From Candidatus Eiseniibacteriota bacterium (GTDB lineage Bacteria > Eisenbacteria > RBG-16-71-46), in the NCBI GenBank assembly GCA_016178725.1, contig JACOSV010000016.1:11132-75131 (forward strand): a stretch of DNA of 64,000 nt, written 5' to 3'. Below the pieces are notes generated by a model, which saw nothing but the letters and a program-made list of their open reading frames with translations, was not told the origin of the DNA and made no database searches. The stretch's first letter is position 1; every line of letters begins with the position of its first letter. Below are positions 1 to 10,464 of this stretch, piece by piece. A program made the position numbers and the translations under genes.

Positions 1-2769
1 GCAGCCGAGGAACGTGCGCACGACCTCTGGCGCGAAGCCGCGGATCGGCTTCTCCATCTGGCGCGAGAAGACGGTGAGGAAGTGCTGCGCGAGCACCGGG
101 ATGTCCTCGCGCCGCTCGCGCAGCGCCGGCACCCGCACGGTGATGTCGTTGAGCCGGTAGTAGAGGTCTTCGAGGAAGCGTCCGTCCTTGATGCGCTCGC
201 GGAGATCGACGCCCGTCGCGCAGATCACGCGCGCGTTGACGGCGCGGCTGCGGGTTGCGCCGACCGGCCGCACCTCGCCGCGATCGAGCACGTGCAGCAG
301 CTTCGCCTGGACCGACTCGGGCACCTTCTCGATCTCGTCGAGGAAGATCGTCCCGCGGTGGGCCTCTTCGAAGAGCCCGTTCTTGTCGCGGGTCGCGCCG
401 GTGAACGCGCCATGCACGTAGCCGAACAACTCGCTCTCGAGCAGCGGCTCGGGCAGCGCCGCGCAGTTGACCTGGACGAACGCGTGGTCGCGACGGTTCG
501 ACATCTCGTGCACGACCTGCGCGAGCAGGCCCTTGCCGGTGCCCGTCTCGCCCATGAACAGCACGGTCGCCGAGCTGTCGCCGACCTTGGAGAGCAACGT
601 GAGGATCTCGGACATCTCGCGCGACTGGCTGATCACGCGATCCATGCCCGGCGTCGGCTTGAGCTGCTGGCGCAGCACGCGGTTTTCCTGCAGCAGCAGC
701 GAGCGCTGCGCTTCGACGATCGCCACGCCGGCGCTGTTGGCGAGGACCGCGAGCAGGTTCAGCTCGCGCTGCTTGAACGCGCCGAGGAGGTTGTCGTTGA
801 AGCGGTCCACGTAGACGAGCCCCACCGACTGCGACGGGAAGCTCAACGGCACCGTCACCAGCGAGCCGACGCCCTCGAACGCGCCGCCCAGCGCTCCGCT
901 GAAGCGCGGATCGGCGGCGACGCGGCTCGAGAACAGCGGCCCGGCCTCGATGAGCCGGTGGTCCGAGACGCCTTCGAGCTCCGCGAGGATGCGGCGCGCG
1001 CGGTCGCGGCCGAGCCCGTGCTGCGCGACGACCTCGAGGCGCCCGCCGCCCTGGCTGAACGCGACGAATCCGCGGTCGCCGCCGGCGTGCTCGACCGCGA
1101 GCTTCACGGTCTGCGCCAGCAGACCGTCCATGCCGGTCGTGTCGCGGAACAGCCGGTTCGCCTCTTCGAGCGCGCGGAACTCGTTGCAGCTCGACACCGA
1201 GATCGCCACGTACTGCTGCTCGAGCTCGCGGCGCAGGTGCGCGGCGCGATCCTCGGCCTCGGGATCGCTGGCCTCGCGCAGCCACTGCTCGGCCTGCTCG
1301 AGCAGCGTGACGGCGTGATCGTAGAACTCGCGCTCGGCTTCGAGCCGCGCCAGCGTCAGCATCGCGTCGGCGGCGAGCGGCACGACGCCCAGCTCGCGGA
1401 ACAGCGTCGCCGCTCGCTTCGCGGCGTCGGCGACCGGCTCGAGCTCGACGCGCTGGCGCTGGCCCGCGGGCAACAGCAACAGGCACTCGCCCCACGCCGC
1501 GAGCGTCGTCGCGAGCTCGTAGCTCTCGGCGAGCGACTCGAAGCCGCGGATCGCCCCGCGCACGTGCACGTCGAGGCCGGCCAGGTTGCCGCGCGTCGCC
1601 TCGAAGCGCGCCAGCGCGCGCTCGGCCAGCGCCTGCTCGAGGCGGTCGCAGAGACGGTCGGCGAGCGTCGCGCCGTTCAGCAGATGGCGGTGGGCCTCGT
1701 CGTTGCGCGACAGACCGAGCAGCGCGAGGCCGACGCGGATCTCGAGCTCGGCGACGATGTCGCCCTGCGGCGCCGAGGCCATCGCGTCGGCGAGCGCGGG
1801 CTCGAGCAGCGCCAGCGCCTCGGCGGGGTGGCCGCGGTCGAGCGCCACCTCGGCCATGAACTCGAGCGCCAGCAGCCGCTCACGCTCGGCGCCCACGCGT
1901 TCGGCGAGCTCGAGCGCGCGGCGGAACTGCTCCTCGGCGCGGTCGAACTGGCGGCGGCGGCGCGCGAGACGTCCGAGCGCCAGCAGCGCGGTCGCCTCGC
2001 CCTGCTGATGGCCGGTGTCGCGCGAGATCTGGAGCGCGCGGCGGAAGTTCTCCTCGGCGAGGTCCCACTGGCCGAGGTAGTAGCGGATCAGTCCGAGGTT
2101 CTGATTGTGCGGGCGCATGCGCGCATAGAGCCCGGCGCGCTCGTCGATGCGCAGTCCCTGCTCGAGGTACCGCGTCGCCTCGCGCCACTCGCGCAGGTTC
2201 TTGTAGACCAGCCCGAGATTGTTGAGCGCGGTCGCGAGCCCGTCGGCGTCGTCGATGCGGCGGAAGGTGGCGGCGGCGTTCTGCAGCCACTCGATCGCCT
2301 CGGACGTAGCGCCGAGCCGCGCGTAGCAGAGGCCGACCGAAACGCCCGCCTGCGCCACGGTGCGGTGATCGTCGCTGTTGCGCAGCGCGTGATAGGCGTA
2401 GAGCGCATAGCGCCGCGCGCGGCGGTAGCGCCCGACGCCGGTGAGCGTGTGCGCCAGCTCGGCCGCGATGTGCGCGTTCGCGGAGCGGTCGCCGAGCCCG
2501 CGCGTCGCCTTGCGCGCGGCGGCGAGGCTGGTCAGGGCGGCGTCGAAGTCGCCGCGCTGGTACTGCGCGACGGCGAGGCGGACGAGCAGCCGGCAGCGCT
2601 CCACCGGGGATGCAGCGTGAACCGCCTCGAGCGCGGCCGCGTACTCCTCGACCGCGCCGGCGAAATTGTCCGCCGCCAAGTGGAGATCGCCGATCGCCTC
2701 ATGCTGCTGCCCGCCCTCCCGGACAGGAAGGCGAGCATGAGCCGAATCGGGGGGGATCGCTCGATGCAC
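1..2769 (-). CDS. sigma-54-dependent transcriptional activator with N-terminal TPR-like repeats, GAF-like domain and AAA+ domain (C-terminus lies beyond the left window edge)
   Basis: My own minus-strand translation; it is absent from the ORF track because there is no stop in the window. Walker A FMGETGTGKG is near nt 530-560. The GAFTGA loop (ESELFGYVHGAFTGAT) is at nt ~391-438. RERREDIPVL is near nt 100. TPR-like repeats and a GAF-like block lie upstream. The first canonical start after the in-frame TAG (2875-2877) is GTG at 2769, with GAGGG 8 nt upstream. The 82..3258 + ORF is its antisense shadow. Confidence 0.8.
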   Translation of the reverse strand, partial: MHRAIPPDSAHARLPVREGGQQHEAIGDLHLAADNFAGAVEEYAAALEAVHAASPVERCRLLVRLAVAQYQRGDFDAALTSLAAARKATRGLGDRSANAHIAAELAHTLTGVGRYRRARRYALYAYHALRNSDDHRTVAQAGVSVGLCYARLGATSEAIEWLQNAAATFRRIDDADGLATALNNLGLVYKNLREWREATRYLEQGLRIDERAGLYARMRPHNQNLGLIRYYLGQWDLAEENFRRALQISRDTGHQQGEATALLALGRLARRRRQFDRAEEQFRRALELAERVGAERERLLALEFMAEVALDRGHPAEALALLEPALADAMASAPQGDIVAELEIRVGLALLGLSRNDEAHRHLLNGATLADRLCDRLEQALAERALARFEATRGNLAGLDVHVRGAIRGFESLAESYELATTLAAWGECLLLLPAGQRQRVELEPVADAAKRAATLFRELGVVPLAADAMLTLARLEAEREFYDHAVTLLEQAEQWLREASDPEAEDRAAHLRRELEQQYVAISVSSCNEFRALEEANRLFRDTTGMDGLLAQTVKLAVEHAGGDRGFVAFSQGGGRLEVVAQHGLGRDRARRILAELEGVSDHRLIEAGPLFSSRVAADPRFSGALGGAFEGVGSLVTVPLSFPSQSVGLVYVDRFNDNLLGAFKQRELNLLAVLANSAGVAIVEAQRSLLLQENRVLRQQLKPTPGMDRVISQSREMSEILTLLSKVGDSSATVLFMGETGTGKGLLAQVVHEMSNRRDHAFVQVNCAALPEPLLESELFGYVHGAFTGATRDKNGLFEEAHRGTIFLDEIEKVPESVQAKLLHVLDRGEVRPVGATRSRAVNARVICATGVDLRERIKDGRFLEDLYYRLNDITVRVPALRERREDIPVLAQHFLTVFSRQMEKPIRGFAPEVVRTFLGC

Positions 2770-2874
2770 TTTTCGAACCCTCGGAATCTGACTCCCGGTT
2801 GGCGCCCCAGGCGGTTCGGTCCCAAGACACCCGTACGTGACGCCGTGACGGCACGCGCAGCCAGCCCGCGAGGG

Positions 2875-3174
2875 CTAGTGGGCGTATCTCATCAGCAGCG
2901 TCACCCAGATCCTACCGGCCCATTGCACCCAATTGCCGAGCGGGCTGCCCAGTCCACCGATCGAGCGAATGCTCTTCGCCGACGGTGGCGGGGTGTATCC
3001 CGCGCCGGAATCGGGGTCCCCAGAGAGGATGACCGGTCCACCCGGCCGCACACTCGCGACGGACGTGGTGCTCGTGAGCACCCGCGCGTCCGCGCGCGTC
3101 GCGGTCCAGGCGGTCGTCATCACCCCTGTGAACAGGACCAGCGTGATCAGGAGCTCGATGCGATGTCGTTTCAT
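2875..3174 (-). CDS. small secreted hypothetical protein (99 aa)
   Basis: This is the C-terminal part of track ORF 2875..3696. The ATG at 3174 is preceded by GGAGGGAG. The N-terminus MKRHRIELLITLVLFTGVMTTAWTATRADA looks like a signal peptide. I recognise no family. Confidence 0.5.
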   Translation of the reverse strand: MKRHRIELLITLVLFTGVMTTAWTATRADARVLTSTTSVASVRPGGPVILSGDPDSGAGYTPPPSAKSIRSIGGLGSPLGNWVQWAGRIWVTLLMRYAH

Positions 3175-3335
3175 GCGCTGCACGCTCCCTCCACCACTGG
3201 TGACAACAAGCTCGCCCCATCGGCTCGCAATGGAATCCGCTGGGACTTCGGATCGTAAGAGGGGACCAACTTCAGCGCCGGACAAAGTATCTGCCGCGGA
3301 CGACGGAGGGTCAATTGGAAGTTGCAATGCCCTCG

Positions 3336-4286
3336 TCAGGGACCGGCCGAGGGCGACGCCTCTTCGGCCGCGAGGCGGGCAAGCGCGTAGCGAAGCCCCT
3401 GCGTGGAGCACATCATCCCCTGCGCCTGAAACCTGTGCGCGAGCTCGCGGATCACGATGGATCCCGCGACGACGATGTCCGACCGGCCGCGGCCGAGGAC
3501 CGGCCAGTGGCAGCGCTCCTCCTCGGTGGATCCGGCGACCCGCCGCGTCAGCTGGTCGAGGCGGTCGGCCGCGATCGACCAGCCCTCGAGCAGCGCCGGC
3601 TCGTAGATGGTGATCCCGCGGTCGAGCGAGGCCAGGACCGTGACCGTGCCGCCCACGCCCGCGAACAGCGGTGCCGACTCGGGCATTAATGCACATTCAT
3701 GCATAAGTACATGGTGGACCTCGGCCGCGACCGCTTCGATCTCGGCCGGGGCGGCCGGATTGCCGCGAACGAAGCGCTCGGTGAGGCTGACCGCGCCGAA
3801 GGGCAGGCTGGCCCAGCGCCCGGCCTCGGGCCCGAGGCCGCTGACCACCTCGGTGCTGCCGCCGCCCAGGTCGAACACGACACAGGCGCTGCGCCGGGCG
3901 GCCTCCTTGAGGCCGAGCGTCACCGACCGGTAGACGAGCCGCGCCTCGTCCTCGCCCGAGAGGATCCGCACCGGAACGCCGATCCGCTCGCCGATCAGCG
4001 CCGCCACGTCGGCGCCGTTCGAAGCCCCGCGCAGGGCCGCCGTCGCGCCGACGACGATGTGCCGCACGCCGAGCGAGCGGGCACGGCGAACGAACTCGCG
4101 GGCCAGCTCGGCGCATCGTTCGGCGAGGAAGGGATCGATCGTGCCGCCCGAGTCGAGCCCCTTGCCGAGCCGGCATGGTTCGCCGGCCCGCGAGACGGTC
4201 TCGAGCCCACGGGCATCGCCCGTCGCGACGTCGGCGACCAGCAGCCGGATCGAGTTGCTGCCGATATCAATTGCACCGACACGCAT
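3336..4286 (-). CDS. Ppx/GppA family phosphatase (exopolyphosphatase / pppGpp phosphohydrolase-like)
   Basis: Internal ATG of track ORF 3336..5633. Starts MRVGAIDIGSNSIRLLVA and contains DLGGGSTE, the ASKHA-fold Ppx/GppA signatures. 316 aa. Confidence 0.8.
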   Translation of the reverse strand: MRVGAIDIGSNSIRLLVADVATGDARGLETVSRAGEPCRLGKGLDSGGTIDPFLAERCAELAREFVRRARSLGVRHIVVGATAALRGASNGADVAALIGERIGVPVRILSGEDEARLVYRSVTLGLKEAARRSACVVFDLGGGSTEVVSGLGPEAGRWASLPFGAVSLTERFVRGNPAAPAEIEAVAAEVHHVLMHECALMPESAPLFAGVGGTVTVLASLDRGITIYEPALLEGWSIAADRLDQLTRRVAGSTEEERCHWPVLGRGRSDIVVAGSIVIRELAHRFQAQGMMCSTQGLRYALARLAAEEASPSAGP

Positions 4287-4297
4287 AGTTTGAGGGC

Positions 4298-4876
4298 TCA
4301 CAGGAGGTAGTCCTCGATGTCGGCGGCGCGGCGGCGGACACGGGCGGGCTCCGGCGCTTCGGCCGGGCGCGGCGTCGCGGGTGGCGGAGACACCGGCACG
4401 GGCGCCGGCTCGGCGTTGGCCGAGGGCGCGGGCGCCCGAACAGGCTCGACGGTTCGGGGCCGAGCAGGCGGCCGCGACCGGGCCTTGCCGCCCGGCCGCC
4501 GGCGGCCCGAGCGGCTCGCCGGGCGGTGCTCCCCGGCCGCCCTTCCTCCCGGCGGCCCGCCGCGGCGCGGCGTCGCGGATCCGGCATCGGCGCGCAGCGC
4601 CCAGGCCAGCAACGGTCCGAGGTCGCGGCGCTCGGAGCACAGGCGATAGAGCACCCGCTTCCCGTCGCGCGCGCCCGCGACCACGCCGCGGCGCTCGAGC
4701 GCCTGCAGGTGGCGGGTCGTGCACGACTGCGAGAGGCCGACCTCGGCGGCGAGGTCGGTGACGCAGCGCGGCCCTGTCAGCAGCGCCTCGACCAGCCGGA
4801 ACCGCGACGCGTCGCCGAGGCAGGCCATCAGGAGCTGGGTCGGCGGTCGCGGGGTGAGCATTGCATGTCGATGCAT
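4298..4876 (-). CDS. ArsR-family HTH transcriptional regulator with a long Pro/Arg/Ala-rich C-terminal tail
   Basis: Core is RFRLVEALLTGPRCVTDLAAEVGLSQSCTTRHLQALERRGVV (ArsR/SmtB wHTH). The start is ATG at 4876 or ATG at 4861. The stop lies 11 nt before the ppx start. The tail ends ...RRAADIEDYLL. Confidence 0.7.
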   Translation of the reverse strand: MHRHAMLTPRPPTQLLMACLGDASRFRLVEALLTGPRCVTDLAAEVGLSQSCTTRHLQALERRGVVAGARDGKRVLYRLCSERRDLGPLLAWALRADAGSATPRRGGPPGGRAAGEHRPASRSGRRRPGGKARSRPPARPRTVEPVRAPAPSANAEPAPVPVSPPPATPRPAEAPEPARVRRRAADIEDYLL

Positions 4877-4891
4877 ACCATTTCGCGGGCG

Positions 4892-4921
4892 TTGACCGCA
4901 ACTCCTTGGACTTGGTAGCGT
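4892..4921 (+). promoter_or_regulatory. candidate sigma-70-type promoter of rlmN (TTGACC-N18-TAGCGT)
   Basis: TTGACC at 4892-4897 and TAGCGT at 4916-4921. GGAG lies 5 nt before the ATG at 4947. Hexamer match only. Confidence 0.3.
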
Positions 4922-4946
4922 CCGGGCCCCTTCGATCGGAGTCGGA

Positions 4947-6017
4947 ATGGTCACCTCGTCTGAATCCGCGGTCCCTCCCGGCCTGCCCAGCTTCTATGGC
5001 CTGACGCGGGCGGCGCTCGCCGCGCGCCTCGCCGAGCAGGGACTGCCCTCCTACCGGGCCGATCAGGTGTTCTCGTGGGTCTACCGGAAGCACCATCGCA
5101 CGCCCGAAGGGATGGCCAACCTCCCGGCCGTGCTGCGCGACCGGTTCGGGACGCTGTGCGCGCTCGAGCGGCCGGCGTTCGCCTCGACGCAGGCCTCGTC
5201 CGACGGCCAGACGCACAAGTTCGTCCTCACGCTCGCCGACGGCGCCCGGGTCGAGTGCGTCTCGATGCGCACCGAGCGCAGGCTCACGTTCTGCGTCTCG
5301 AGCCAGGTCGGGTGCGCGCTCGGCTGCACCTTCTGCGCCACCGGGCTCATGGGCCTCCAGCGCAACCTCGGCTCCGCTGAAATCGTCGCGCAGGTGATCG
5401 CGATGGGCGACTTCCACGCCTGGAAGGACGACCGCTTCAACATCGTCTTCATGGGCATGGGTGAGCCGCTCGCCAACTACGGGCCGATGATGGAAGCGAT
5501 CCGCATCCTGCACGATCCGCTCGGACTGAACCTCGGCGCGCGGCGCATCACGGTCTCGACCAGCGGCGTCGTGCCGCAGATCGCGCGGCTCGCGGACGAG
5601 GGTCTGCCGCTCGGCCTCGCGGTCTCGCTCCACGCGACGACCGATGAGCTGCGCGACCGGCTGGTGCCGATCAACAGGCGCTGGCCGATCGCGCCGTTGA
5701 TCGCCGCGGCGCGCGACTACGGACGGAAGAGCGGCCGGCGCGTGACGCTCGAGTACACGCTGCTCGCCGGCGTCAACGACCGCGACGAGGATGCGCTGCG
5801 CCTCGGGGCCCTCGCCCGCGACCTGCCGAGCAAGATCAACCTCATCGCCTACAATCCCGTCCCGGGCCTCGACTGGAAACGGCCGACGCGCGAGGCGGTG
5901 GACGCGTTCGCGAAGCGGCTATGGCCGATCGCGCCGGCCGTGACGGTGCGCCACACCATGGGAGGTGAGATCTGGGCGGCTTGCGGACAGCTCGGGGGCC
6001 TTTCGCCGGCGGCGTGA
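4947..6017 (+). CDS. rlmN: 23S rRNA/tRNA (adenine-C2)-methyltransferase RlmN, radical SAM
   Basis: Track ORF. Contains CVSSQVGCALGCTFCATG (CxxxCxxC) and GMGEPLANY, with typical RlmN length and layout. Confidence 0.93.
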   Translation: MVTSSESAVPPGLPSFYGLTRAALAARLAEQGLPSYRADQVFSWVYRKHHRTPEGMANLPAVLRDRFGTLCALERPAFASTQASSDGQTHKFVLTLADGARVECVSMRTERRLTFCVSSQVGCALGCTFCATGLMGLQRNLGSAEIVAQVIAMGDFHAWKDDRFNIVFMGMGEPLANYGPMMEAIRILHDPLGLNLGARRITVSTSGVVPQIARLADEGLPLGLAVSLHATTDELRDRLVPINRRWPIAPLIAAARDYGRKSGRRVTLEYTLLAGVNDRDEDALRLGALARDLPSKINLIAYNPVPGLDWKRPTREAVDAFAKRLWPIAPAVTVRHTMGGEIWAACGQLGGLSPAA

Positions 6018-6090
6018 GCGCGCCGCTGCGCGGCGGGCGCGGCTCGCGGCCGGGCGCCGGGCGCTTCGCATCGACGGCCCCGCGCGCCCG

Positions 6091-7625
6091 ATGAGCCTCC
6101 GCTCGCGGCTGTTTCTCGCGTTCACCGCGATCGCGCTGGTGCCGATCGCGCTGCTCGCCGCCTTCACGCTCGACCGGCTGGCGCGATCGCTCGAGCTGTG
6201 GAACACGCCCGGCGTGGACCAGTCGCTGCGCACCTCGCTCGAGGTGAGCAAGACCGCGCTCACGCGGCTCGAGTCCACCGCGCGCGCGCAGGCCGCCGAC
6301 TGGGCGCAGGTGCTGCCGCCCGCGCCGGTCGATCTCCCGCGGCGCACCGCGGTGCGCGCCGGGCTGCGCGCCGCGGGCCTCGACTTCGTGCAGCTCTACC
6401 GCCGCGACCGGGCCGGCTGGCGGCGCGTGGACGACGTGCTGCCCGAGCACGTGCTCGCGCCCGAGCCGCTCGATCTCTCACGCGAGATCGACGCCGCGCT
6501 CGCGGCGGGCGGCGTGATCCACTCGCCGCGCGGCGCGCTCGCCGCCGTGGCGCCGCTCGAGATCCGCGACCGGAGCGGCGCGCGCTGGGCGCTCACCGCC
6601 GGCATGCGCGTGACGCCCGACTTCTTCACCGGCCTCACGCGCATCGGCGAGAGTGTCGACTTCTACCATCGCTTCGGCGTGCTGCGCGACGTGTCGCGCA
6701 TCTACTGGCTGCTGCTGGTCGCGGCGGTCGTTCTGGTGCTGGCGCTGGTCGCGCTGCTCGTCGCGACGGCGCTCGCGCGCGCGATGACGCAGCCGCTCCA
6801 GGCGCTCGAGCAGGCGCTCGAGCGCGTCGCGGGCGGCGATCTCGAGACGCGCGTCGCGCCCTCCGGGGCGCGCGAGCTGCGCACGCTCGGCGAGCGCTTC
6901 AACGCCATGACCGCGCGGCTCGCGGCGGCGCGCACGGCGCTCGCCGAGGCCGAGCGCGAGGCGGCGTGGCGCGACGTCGCGCGCCGGCTCGCGCACGAGT
7001 TCAAGAACCTGCTGACGCCGATGACGCTCTCGCTCCGGCGGCTCGAGAAGCGCGCCGACCGCGTGCCCGAGGCCGACCGCGCCGCGGTCGCCGAGAGTCT
7101 CGACGCGTTCGCGCAGGCGCTCGCGGACCTCGGGCGGCTCGCCGAACAGTTCTCGCAGTACGCGCGCCTCCCCGAGCCGCGCTTCGAGCGCGTGGATCTC
7201 GCCGACGTCGTGCGCGAGGCCGCGCGCGCGCAGGCGCGGGAAGACGTGCGCGTCGCGTTCGAGCCGGGTCCCGGCGCGCTCCCCATCGCCGCCGACCGCC
7301 TGTTATTGTCGCGAGCCGTGCACAACCTGATCCTCAATGCCTGCGAGGCGAGCCCGGCGGGCGCCGTCGTCGAGGTGCGCACCGCCGCGGCGGACACGAT
7401 GGCGACGGTCGAGGTGCTCGACCGCGGCTCGGGCCTCGCGCCCGAGGTCCGTGCGCGGCTGTTCGAGCCCTACATCAGCACCAAGGCCCGCGGCAGCGGC
7501 CTCGGCCTCTCGCTGGTGCGCGACATCGCGAGCCAGCACGGCGGCACGGCGGCGCTCGCCGACCGCGAAGGCGGCGGCGCGCGCGCGACGCTCTCCGTGC
7601 CGCTCGCCGGCGGAGCGAAGGCGTC

Positions 7626-7629
<4 letters not shown>
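6091..7629 (+). CDS. sensor histidine kinase, NtrY-like (TM, HAMP, HisKA, HATPase)
   Basis: Internal ATG at 6091 (MSLRSRLFLAFTAIALVPIALL). H-box is LAHEFKNLLTPM, N-box AVHNLILNACEA, G-boxes DRGSGL and GSGLGLSLV. The stop overlaps the next start (ATGA). Confidence 0.85.
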
Positions 7630-8969
<1,340 letters not shown>

Positions 8970-9017
8970 CGGGACGCGGCGCGACAGTGCGTGGCGCGGG
9001 CGCGACGTTTGGGCGGC

Positions 9018-9091
9018 GGGCGGGACGGGGCGTGTCCACGACGGACGGTGTCCTGGCCGTTCCGGCCGGAGTGGACATGCCCCGCCCGCCC
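9018..9091. repeat. long imperfect inverted repeat (21 bp stem, one bulge, 31-nt spacer): terminator-like hairpin or activator-binding site
   Basis: GGGCGGGACGGGGCGTGTCCAC (9018-9039) pairs with GTGGACATGCCCCGCCCGCCC (9071-9091). I checked it base by base: 20 Watson-Crick pairs plus 1 G-T, with A9025 bulged. It lies between the NtrC-like stop and the sigma-54 promoter. Confidence 0.55.
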
Positions 9092-9104
9092 ACTTCTCCT
9101 GAAC

Positions 9105-9120
9105 TGGAATGCGGCTTGCG
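9105..9120 (+). promoter_or_regulatory. candidate sigma-54 (-24/-12) promoter
   Basis: TGGAAT-GCGGC-TTGCG has the exact TGG-N9-TTGC spacing of the TGGCAC-N5-TTGC consensus. It sits about 45 nt upstream of the GTG at 9165 (GGAG at 9156-9159), directly downstream of a sigma-54 activator gene. Confidence 0.5.
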
Positions 9121-9164
9121 ACGGTGCGTGGGTTCGTTCCCACGACCCTGACTGTGGAGTCTCC

Positions 9165-10460
9165 GTGACGCTCGCTCGCACCATCCGATCTTCGGTCATG
9201 CTCCTCATCGCGGTCCTGTTGTGCGCCGCGGTCGCGCCGGCGGCGGGCGCCGCGCTGCTCGCGGCCGCCGCGCCCGAGACGCTCGAGTTCACGCCCCAGG
9301 AGCGCGACACCGGCGCGGTGTTCGCGCGCGGCCCGGCGGTCGAGGACGAGGAGTGGATGCGGGCCCCGTTCGGCGAAGGGCTGCTGACCACGCGCGAGCA
9401 GTGGAGCGGCGACCGCCGGCGCACCGAGCTGCTCGTGGACTACAACCGTGTCGATCGGCTGCGGCTCGGCGTGTCGGGGCAGATGCAGGTCGCGAACGCG
9501 ATGGCGCCGCGGCTCGGCGGCCGGATCGAGTACGCGTTCGGCCGCGAGCGCCTGCTCTACGGCCTCCAGCTCGAGCAGCCGATCGCGCCGCCCGGCCGCG
9601 TCGCGGTCGGCGTCTCGGTGGTGCGTCGGACCGACCACCTCGACCTGCATCAGGTGGACGACGCCGAGAACACGCTCGCGCTGCTGCTCGGCCACTACGA
9701 CGATCGCGACTACTTCGAGCGCGAGGGAATCGGCGGCTACCTCACGTGGCGGGTTCCCGACTTCTCGACCGTGAGCGTCCATCTGCGCCGCGACCAGTAC
9801 CGCTCCCTCCCGCTCGATCCGCGCACGCGCTCGTGGTTTCACCGTTCGCGGCCGTGGCGCGACAACCCCGCGATCGACGACGGCGAGACGCGCACGCTGT
9901 CGCTGCGGCTCGAGCACGCGGCCCGCCCCGGGCGGCATCGCCACGCCGGGCTCTACCACTGGCTCGACGTCGAATGGGCGGACCACGGGCTTGGCGGCGA
10001 CTTCCAGTACGTGCGCATGCTCGGCGACGTGCGCAGCGTGATGCGGCTCTCGCCCGCGACCACGCTCAATCTGCGGCTGGTCGCCGGGCACACGGCGAGC
10101 GGGACGCTGCCGCGGCAGAAGGCGTTCGTCACCGGCGGCGTCGACGGCCTGCGCGCGCATCCCTTCGACGCGTTCCGCGGCGACCAGATCGCGCTCACGC
10201 AGGCGGAGTACTCGATCGGGCTGTGGCGGCGGCGCCACGGGTCGCTGCGCGGCGGGATCGCCGCGATCGCATTCCTCGACGCCGGGACCGCGTGGTCCGA
10301 CCCGGCGCATCGCTGGAACCTCGGCGACCGGCACATCGCGACCGACGGCGGCGTCGGGCTCGCGACCGCCGAGGACCGGCTGCGCGTCTATCTCGCCCGC
10401 GACCTGCAGCGCTCGGACGGGGGCATCGTGCTCACGGTGAGATTCCACCGCCCGTTCTGA
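9165..10460 (+). CDS. outer-membrane beta-barrel protein (Omp85/surface-antigen-like C-terminal barrel)
   Basis: GTG at 9165 is in frame with track ORF 8991..10460. Signal-like N-terminus is VTLARTIRSSVMLLIAVLLCAAVAPAAGA. The body shows alternating beta-strand patterning. The C-terminus ...VLTVRFHRPF is an aromatic beta-signal. Confidence 0.6.
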   Translation: MTLARTIRSSVMLLIAVLLCAAVAPAAGAALLAAAAPETLEFTPQERDTGAVFARGPAVEDEEWMRAPFGEGLLTTREQWSGDRRRTELLVDYNRVDRLRLGVSGQMQVANAMAPRLGGRIEYAFGRERLLYGLQLEQPIAPPGRVAVGVSVVRRTDHLDLHQVDDAENTLALLLGHYDDRDYFEREGIGGYLTWRVPDFSTVSVHLRRDQYRSLPLDPRTRSWFHRSRPWRDNPAIDDGETRTLSLRLEHAARPGRHRHAGLYHWLDVEWADHGLGGDFQYVRMLGDVRSVMRLSPATTLNLRLVAGHTASGTLPRQKAFVTGGVDGLRAHPFDAFRGDQIALTQAEYSIGLWRRRHGSLRGGIAAIAFLDAGTAWSDPAHRWNLGDRHIATDGGVGLATAEDRLRVYLARDLQRSDGGIVLTVRFHRPF

Positions 10461-10464
10461 CCGC

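Noticed and set aside
82-3258. 1058-aa plus-strand ORF covering the left end of the window
   Set aside because: It has the Arg/Ala/Glu/Leu-rich low-complexity composition typical of antisense frames in very GC-rich DNA. The opposite strand encodes a clear sigma-54 activator (GAFTGA, Walker A) across the same span.
3699-4310. 203-aa plus-strand ORF and neighbours (3315..3689 +, 3607..3933 +) opposite the Ppx/GppA gene
   Set aside because: They are antisense shadows of a gene with clear ASKHA phosphatase motifs, and show no motifs or RBS.
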